Below are positions 9,147 to 20,000 of a stretch of DNA of 20,000 nt, one piece after another. Source of the stretch: an uncultured virus (IMG/VR IMGVR_UViG_3300023184_009405) (taxonomy: Duplodnaviria; Heunggongvirae; Uroviricota; Caudoviricetes); IMG/VR virus record IMGVR_UViG_3300023184_009405; one strand, given 5' to 3'. Below the pieces are notes generated by a model that was given only the letters and a program-made list of their open reading frames with translations, was not told where the DNA came from and made no database searches. The translations under genes were made by a program, and so were the position numbers. Positions within the stretch are counted from its first letter, which is position 1. Every line of letters starts with the position of its first letter.

Positions 9147-9845
9147 ATGTCTAAATATTCTATAGATCCTGTTTGGATTTTATCAGAAGCTAGAACTGGA
9201 TCTACTTTTCTTTCTAATACTTTAAATGAAACAAAGTTTTTCAATCCTATTTTCAAAGAATATTTTCATGATGATAAAATGAATAAATTTTTTCGTGATA
9301 AAGAGTTGCTATTGCATTTTAATTCTAAATGGCCGAAATTTGCAAAGATGCATGGAACACATTTTGCAAATATTAGAAAAAGTTTTCCAATATTAAAAAT
9401 TAAAAAATTAATTCCTAATTTGAAATTTATTCATTTGAGAAGAAAAAATTTAGTAAAACAGGCAATATCTTTGTATTTTTGCTCTAAAACAAAATATTTT
9501 ATCGTAAAAAATAAAAAAGATTTAAATAAATATAAGAAAATTAAAGTTGATTACAATGAAGAAAACATATTAAATATTTACAATAAAATGATATTTAGAT
9601 TTAATTTCTGGAAGCCAATTTTGACTAATCAAAATTATATTGATGTATATTACGAAGACTTAATTGATAATCCAAAAAAAACTTTTTTAAAAATATTTAA
9701 ATTTATAGGAATCGAAATGCCTGATAATTTAAATACTAAATCAACTTTAGTTCAATCTCATCCTTTGAAAAAAGTATATGAGAAAATGTTTATTGAATTT
9801 TTAAAGAAAAATAATCATCCTGTTTTTATAAACAAAGTAAAATAA
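9147..9845 (+). CDS. Sulfotransferase, Stf0-like
   Basis: 5'-PSB ARTGSTFL, KEYF, IHLRRKNLVKQAISLY, YYEDL; TAAGGA SD. Confidence 0.85.
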   Translation: MSKYSIDPVWILSEARTGSTFLSNTLNETKFFNPIFKEYFHDDKMNKFFRDKELLLHFNSKWPKFAKMHGTHFANIRKSFPILKIKKLIPNLKFIHLRRKNLVKQAISLYFCSKTKYFIVKNKKDLNKYKKIKVDYNEENILNIYNKMIFRFNFWKPILTNQNYIDVYYEDLIDNPKKTFLKIFKFIGIEMPDNLNTKSTLVQSHPLKKVYEKMFIEFLKKNNHPVFINKVK

Positions 9846-9860
9846 TATTATTAAATTTTA

Positions 9861-10712
9861 TTATAATATAAATTCTAATAAATACTGAGCCATTTTTTCT
9901 GTAGTCAAATTATTTACCAAAATATCCATTATTCCTTCCATGCATTCATCATAATAATCAAATTTATTTGATTTTATATCTTCCATTGCTTTGATAATTA
10001 AGTTTTTAGGAAATCTAAACATTGTAAGAGGTGGACATTTTTCTAATTCTTTGAAATAAGGAAAGCAATAGTTCATCATTATTTCATAATGTCTCATGCA
10101 ATCCCATCCTTCTTTTTTACATGTTATCCCAAAATAAGATTTTGCATAATCTTCATAATATGATTTTTCATCATTGAAAATATAAGTATTGTGTTCAAAT
10201 GGTATTACTGTTCCAAATGCTTTAGTTTTTTCTGGCTTATGATCAATTATTGAATTTTTTGGTATAGCAAATTGAATTGGATGAACTCCCGCTGTTTCTT
10301 TTTGTAATTCTCTTTTGAAATAAATGCCTTTATCAATTAAATTTTGATATATCCAAGGCGAGTCTTCTCCATCAATAAACAATATTTCTTCTTTACTGTA
10401 TATGTCTTTTACTATATCGAAATATTCCATGGATCTGCAAACAGATCCATATATTATATTTTTAAAATATTTATTTTTTATTTTTTCTTTTATATTATCA
10501 CGATCAATTTTTAATTTGCTATCTAACCTTCCATATAAAGTAAATCCTTTTCCGTAAATATTCTTTATGTTTTTACAATCATCATACATGAAGTCAATTT
10601 TTTTTGCATCTATTAGATTTTCTTTTAAAATACTTCTAGTTCCATGGAAAATAGTATCGCTCATGTAATCTGCTTGGGAATTATCACTTATAAATAAAAT
10701 TTTATTAATCAT
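9861..10712 (-). CDS. Conserved glycosyltransferase-like protein (probable GT-B / exostosin-like C-terminus)
   Basis: FIDGED, YFKREL, PIQFAIP, YYEDYAKSYFGITCKKEGWDCMRHYEIMMNYCFPYF (cf. Y...l..S.F.l.p.G...dc.R.yE.l..gciP). Confidence 0.6.
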   Translation of the reverse strand: MINKILFISDNSQADYMSDTIFHGTRSILKENLIDAKKIDFMYDDCKNIKNIYGKGFTLYGRLDSKLKIDRDNIKEKIKNKYFKNIIYGSVCRSMEYFDIVKDIYSKEEILFIDGEDSPWIYQNLIDKGIYFKRELQKETAGVHPIQFAIPKNSIIDHKPEKTKAFGTVIPFEHNTYIFNDEKSYYEDYAKSYFGITCKKEGWDCMRHYEIMMNYCFPYFKELEKCPPLTMFRFPKNLIIKAMEDIKSNKFDYYDECMEGIMDILVNNLTTEKMAQYLLEFIL

Positions 10713-10770
10713 ATAATTTTTTATCTTGTTTTATTTTTTATAATATATATAATGTTTTTTTGGAGAAAAA

Positions 10771-11208
10771 ATGGAAAAATTAATTTGGCATTATAGATTC
10801 GTAGAATTGGCTAAAACTATTTCTAGTTGGAGTAAAGATCCATCAACAAAAGTTGGTGCAGTAATTTTTGATTCTGATAAAAGAATCGTTTCTGTTGGGT
10901 ACAATGGATTTCCAAAAAACATTGATGATGATCCTGAAAAATACTTAAATAGAGATATAAAATATCAAATGGTGGTCCATGCAGAGATTAATGCAATTTT
11001 ATTTGCACAAAGAAATTTAAAAGATTGTTCTATTGCGACTTGGCCATTCATTAGTTGTTCTAATTGTACTAGTGCAATTATACAAACAGGAATAAAGAGA
11101 ATTGTTTCCAACAAAATTCCAGAAACATTAGTAGAAAGATGGGGTAAATCCTGCGAAGTATCTTTAGAAATGTACAAACAAGCAAATGTGGATGTAATTT
11201 TACTTTGA
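10771..11208 (+). CDS. dCMP deaminase (deoxycytidylate deaminase)
   Basis: WSKDPSTKVGAVI, VGYNGFP, HAEINA, SCSNC zinc ligands, IIQTGIKRIV; GGAG SD. Confidence 0.93.
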   Translation: MEKLIWHYRFVELAKTISSWSKDPSTKVGAVIFDSDKRIVSVGYNGFPKNIDDDPEKYLNRDIKYQMVVHAEINAILFAQRNLKDCSIATWPFISCSNCTSAIIQTGIKRIVSNKIPETLVERWGKSCEVSLEMYKQANVDVILL

Positions 11209-11252
11209 ATTGTTATTAAACATGTAATGTAAAATCTAATAATTTTTAGATT

Positions 11253-12020
11253 TTATATTACTTTAAACGATGCTTTTTTAACAAATTCTTTTACTTTTTT
11301 ATGATTAATGTATTTTTCATGTTCTGCGTATTCTTTTACATCGAATTTAAAATTAAATGTTTCGATGTCTTTTTTAAAAGCTTTTTCTACGATTTCAATG
11401 CTTTTGCTATCATAATATGATTTATAATCTTTATGATCGCTTTTATTTCTATGAACATATTTTGGATTATTGAAAGGTTTACCAGACAATATCTTTATTA
11501 CATTTATTTCTCTTTTGAAATTATGAAGATTAATTATATAATCAACTTTTATTTTTCCATTAACTCCAATTAAATCCATGTAAGTAGTTTTAATGGTATC
11601 ATGATAAATACTGGATGATTTAATTTGCTCTTTTTCATCAAAAAATCTTAACCAATCTTTAAATTCATAATTTTTCCAAAATTCATCTTCTTTATCATGT
11701 TTTCTTATCCATTGTTTTAATTTTGACTTTTCATTAGGCTTGAATAATTTAGTATGATGAATTGGATCATTATGACTTCTCTGCTTGTGAAAGAAATAAT
11801 TAGAAACCATTCTGTCCCAAGGATTTCTAATTATCGTAAAAGAAAAATAATTTTCTGGGTTTCTTTTTTTATTTTTTATTTCTGCAATGTCTTCTTCAAT
11901 ATTTTTGTGGGAAATAAATTCAAAACAAGAAAGAGAATTAAGCGTAGACATACCTCCTGTTTTAGGTATGTGAACAAAAATTAATGGAATTTTGCTTTGA
12001 TCAGGAGAATCTATTATCAT
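11253..12020 (-). CDS. Sulfotransferase family 2 (HNK-1/chondroitin-4-O-sulfotransferase-like), paralog A
   Basis: FVHIPKTGGMS, FTIIRNPWDRMVSNY, N.S.H.DYKSYYD, F..DIETFNFKF. Confidence 0.9.
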   Translation of the reverse strand: MIIDSPDQSKIPLIFVHIPKTGGMSTLNSLSCFEFISHKNIEEDIAEIKNKKRNPENYFSFTIIRNPWDRMVSNYFFHKQRSHNDPIHHTKLFKPNEKSKLKQWIRKHDKEDEFWKNYEFKDWLRFFDEKEQIKSSSIYHDTIKTTYMDLIGVNGKIKVDYIINLHNFKREINVIKILSGKPFNNPKYVHRNKSDHKDYKSYYDSKSIEIVEKAFKKDIETFNFKFDVKEYAEHEKYINHKKVKEFVKKASFKVI

Positions 12021-12035
12021 AATGTTTAAACTAGT

Positions 12036-12650
12036 TTAATCATATATTTTTTTATTTAAACTTTTTAAATTTATTTTTTTATCAAACTTAAAGTTAAAAA
12101 ATTTAATTTCTGCTTTGAATAAATGACTTATAATTTCTTTGTTTTTTTCATCGTAGTATTTTTTATAATTTACATGATTACTTTTATTAACTTTCTTTAA
12201 TTTTCCACATTTACCAGATATTTTTTTAATGATTTCAAAATCTTTTTCTAGATTTTCAAAATTAATGTAATAATCAATATAAGGTTTTTTATTATAAGTT
12301 ATGTAATCTACAATATTATTTCTCAAAGCCCATGATTGAAACTTATTTGATTTTAAAAATTCATTAAAATTTAAATTTTTAATATAATTCCATGTTTTAG
12401 TTGGGAATTCATCATCTAATGTTTTTTCTTTATGATAATGATAAAAAGAAACCATTCTATCCCAAGGGTTTCTAATTATTGTAAATTTAAAATAATCATC
12501 TATATCTTCATTTATTTTTTTTAAATATTTAATATCAAATTTTATTTTAGTATGATTTTTATTATGCTTGAAAAAGTTTACAACTGAAGTACCGCCACAT
12601 TTTTGAATATGCGTAAATATTAATTTTTTTTCTTTATAATTAATTATCAT
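12036..12650 (-). CDS. Sulfotransferase family 2, paralog B
   Basis: FTHIQKCGGTS, FTIIRNPWDRMVSFY, FENLEKDF, NKSNHVNYKKYYD; start taken as ATG 12650 (MIINYKEKK). Confidence 0.9.
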   Translation of the reverse strand: MIINYKEKKLIFTHIQKCGGTSVVNFFKHNKNHTKIKFDIKYLKKINEDIDDYFKFTIIRNPWDRMVSFYHYHKEKTLDDEFPTKTWNYIKNLNFNEFLKSNKFQSWALRNNIVDYITYNKKPYIDYYINFENLEKDFEIIKKISGKCGKLKKVNKSNHVNYKKYYDEKNKEIISHLFKAEIKFFNFKFDKKINLKSLNKKIYD

Positions 12651-13236
12651 AATTGTTCTTAATTGCAATAATACAAATTTGTGCCAATACCATATTTTCT
12701 TTTACTTTTGTTTGATCTATGGTTTTTTCAAGATTATAATTATAATTATCATCTTCAATATAACATTCTAAAATTTTAAAATTAAATTTATTTAATAATG
12801 GCTCTAAATTTTCTTTTATATTCCAATGATTTTTTCTTTTAAGATCTTTTCTTTTTATAGTCATGCTAAAAGAATGTAAGTGGCTTTTGTTGTTATTGGA
12901 TGGCCAATTATTTTTTTCATATAATTCAAAATCTGGCACTGTAAAATATAATATTCCATTTTGTTTTAAAACTCTTTTGTAATTTCTAATTGCAACATTT
13001 AAAAATTTTACATGTTCCATGAAGTGACTTGAGTATACAAAATCTAGTGAATTTTCTTCAATCGTATTTAATAATGATCCATCGCCATCTTTACGATCCC
13101 AATTTATAACTGCTCCATTTGGCACAACTAAACAATCTGGACCTGCTCCAATGTCTATGCCTTTTCCGCATAAGTATTTATCGAAATGACCTAGTTTTTT
13201 TCTTTTTTCATAACATTTTGATGTTTCATGACTCAT
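12640..13236 (-). CDS. Class I SAM-dependent methyltransferase (Methyltransf_11-like)
   Basis: GIDIGAG, SLDFVYSSHFMEH, RVLKQNGILYFTVPD; GAAGG SD. Confidence 0.85.
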   Translation of the reverse strand: MSHETSKCYEKRKKLGHFDKYLCGKGIDIGAGPDCLVVPNGAVINWDRKDGDGSLLNTIEENSLDFVYSSHFMEHVKFLNVAIRNYKRVLKQNGILYFTVPDFELYEKNNWPSNNNKSHLHSFSMTIKRKDLKRKNHWNIKENLEPLLNKFNFKILECYIEDDNYNYNLEKTIDQTKVKENMVLAQICIIAIKNNYDN

Positions 13237-13295
13237 AATTTTTTACCTTCTACTAATTTAGTAATATATACTTTAATTAAATAGGAATAATTTTC

Positions 13296-13928
13296 ATGTT
13301 TCAATATTTAGAAAGCTTGTTTGTAAATTTAAAAAATGAAAAAAGCGATATTAACGAACATCTCGAAACATTAAAGAATTTAGCTTCTGAATGTGACACA
13401 GTTGTTGAATTTGGAGTAAGATGGATGGTTTCTATTGTAGCTTTAGCTGTATCTGGTTGTAAAAATTTATATGCTTATGATGTGATTAATCCAGCAGCAT
13501 TCGATCCTTACAGATTTCAACAATTAAAAATTTATTGTGAAAAAAATAATATTAATTTTAATTTCAAAGAAGGAAATGTTTTAAAACTAAATACAATACC
13601 TGAATGTGACATGCTTTTCTTAGATACTTTTCATTGTTATGTACAATTGAAATGTGAATTATTTTTGTTTTCCGATAAAGTTAAAAAATATATCATAATG
13701 CATGATACCACTTCTTTTTCAACTATAGATGAAAATTATATCACTAGAGAAAATTGGTTTGATACACATAAAGATAAACCAGAAATACTTAATATAGTAG
13801 ATATTAAATCTGAAAAAGCAGGATTAACTCCTGCTATTGAAGAATTTTTAGAAGCTAATCCAAATTGGGAAGTATTTAAGAAATATACAAATAACAATGG
13901 ATTAACAATATTAAAAAGAAATTCTTAA
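13296..13928 (+). CDS. SAM-dependent methyltransferase (Methyltransf_24-like)
   Basis: DINEHL, VVEFGVR..VS, AYD, DMLFLDTFH.Y.QLK.EL, KYIIMHDT, NNNGLTIL; AGGA SD. Confidence 0.75.
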   Translation: MFQYLESLFVNLKNEKSDINEHLETLKNLASECDTVVEFGVRWMVSIVALAVSGCKNLYAYDVINPAAFDPYRFQQLKIYCEKNNINFNFKEGNVLKLNTIPECDMLFLDTFHCYVQLKCELFLFSDKVKKYIIMHDTTSFSTIDENYITRENWFDTHKDKPEILNIVDIKSEKAGLTPAIEEFLEANPNWEVFKKYTNNNGLTILKRNS

Positions 13929-14194
13929 TCTTTAAACATAGAAGCAATATTGTTAAGTTTTAAAGAAAATTCTGAATTTTCATTTTTTAACTTTAAGTTT
14001 TCTCTGGTTAATTTTTCGATTTTGTATTCGTAATCTAAAGTATTGCCTCTGTGTTCTAATTCTGCCTCTTCTAATTTAAAATTTAACTTATTATTTATTG
14101 TTTCTAAATCTTTAACTTTTAAAGTTAATTCTACAATTATATCATTTTCGTTAATAATTTTTTTACAAAACAAACTTCTAATATTAAAAAACAT
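13925..14194 (-). CDS. Hypothetical coiled-coil protein
   Basis: L/E/K heptad pattern; AGAAAGGA SD suits ATG 14194 better than TTG 14200; stop overlaps the convergent gene's stop (TTAA). Confidence 0.6.
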   Translation of the reverse strand: MFFNIRSLFCKKIINENDIIVELTLKVKDLETINNKLNFKLEEAELEHRGNTLDYEYKIEKLTRENLKLKNENSEFSLKLNNIASMFKD

Positions 14195-14280
14195 TTGCAA
14201 GTCCTTTCTGTTAATATTTTAAGATAATAAACTATTGTTAAAAATAAATCAATATATTTTTATAATTATTTCTTAAAAAT

Positions 14281-14288
14281 TATAAATA
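14281..14288 (+). promoter_or_regulatory. Possible T4-type late promoter (TATAAATA)
   Basis: Exact T4 gp55 consensus, intergenic, upstream of the 14326 gene; weak because the 8-mer also occurs by chance in this AT-rich DNA. Confidence 0.35.
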
Positions 14289-14325
14289 AGTTGGGAGTAA
14301 TTTGTTTTTAACAAAAGGAGTTATT

Positions 14326-14571
14326 ATGGCTAAAGGTATTGAAGGAAATAAAATAAAAGCTAAAAGAATTGCAGATGTTCAAACTGTTTTGAATACTTGC
14401 AAAAGGCCAGCTGCTGCTGCTAAGTATAACCATTTCAGGATTCAACTTGAAGATGGAACAGAATATCATGTTATGTTGACTGATAATGAGCTTATAAAAG
14501 GATTAGAGAGAGCAAAGAAAAACCCTGAAGATTGTCCAGATGTTTCTTTGATTAGAGATATTTTAGATTAA
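14326..14571 (+). CDS. Hypothetical protein (81 aa)
   Basis: Strong SD AAAGGAG 5 nt before ATG 14326 (MAKGIEG...); less AT-skewed residue composition than neighbours. Confidence 0.8.
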   Translation: MAKGIEGNKIKAKRIADVQTVLNTCKRPAAAAKYNHFRIQLEDGTEYHVMLTDNELIKGLERAKKNPEDCPDVSLIRDILD

Positions 14572-14614
14572 ATTTTTATATATTATTTTATGTTTAAACA
14601 CTATTATAATTATC

Positions 14615-14640
14615 AATAGCTCACTATAGAGTGAGCTATT
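14615..14640. repeat. Perfect 11-bp inverted repeat with 4-nt loop (hairpin or operator)
   Basis: AATAGCTCACT-ATAG-AGTGAGCTATT; no U-tract on either side. Confidence 0.85.
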
Positions 14641-14651
14641 AGCATTTAAAG

Positions 14652-18136
<3,485 letters not shown>

Positions 18137-18220
18137 TTTTTTTTTTTTTACAAAAATAATATATACGATAAGAGTAAAATTTTAAAAGGAGTTACATATT
18201 ATAATTTAAAATTTACATAA

Positions 18221-20000
<1,780 letters not shown>

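Noticed and set aside
749..11984. Small overlapping ORFs 749-1021, 1673-1894, 6025-6387, 8309-8509, 10965-11177, 11754-11984
   Set aside because: They overlap well-supported genes in another frame or strand and have no motifs
1354..13928. Ordinary bacterial LPS/capsule operon
   Set aside because: Mixed orientation, no membrane, flippase or polymerase genes, and interspersed dCMP deaminase and sigma-like genes
18137..18149. T13 run after the fibre 1 stop as an intrinsic terminator or phase-variation tract
   Set aside because: No GC-rich stem precedes it and it is non-coding; function unsupported

Overview
Very AT-rich, gene-dense window that most likely comes from a large (jumbo-type) bacteriophage: it has Shine-Dalgarno sites, a divergent sigma70-family gene, frequent strand switches and tail-fibre-type motifs. 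Bases ~1.3-13.9 kb form a glycan-modification island: an ADP-heptose 6-epimerase-like SDR, about 7 glycosyltransferase-like genes (2x GT9, GT7, GT2, DUF707-like, 2 less certain), 3 sulfotransferases and 3 SAM methyltransferases. A GuaB/GuaC-family oxidoreductase, a dCMP deaminase and a sigma factor are interspersed or adjacent. From 14.67 kb there are two large modular collagen-like fibre genes whose helices are almost proline-free Gly-X-Thr repeats. The second (start 18248) is missing from the ORF track because it runs off the window. Main hypothesis (inference): a phage-encoded system that glycosylates (possibly heptosylates), sulfates and methylates its own Thr-rich collagen fibres. All product calls rest on motifs recognised by eye; no searches were run.
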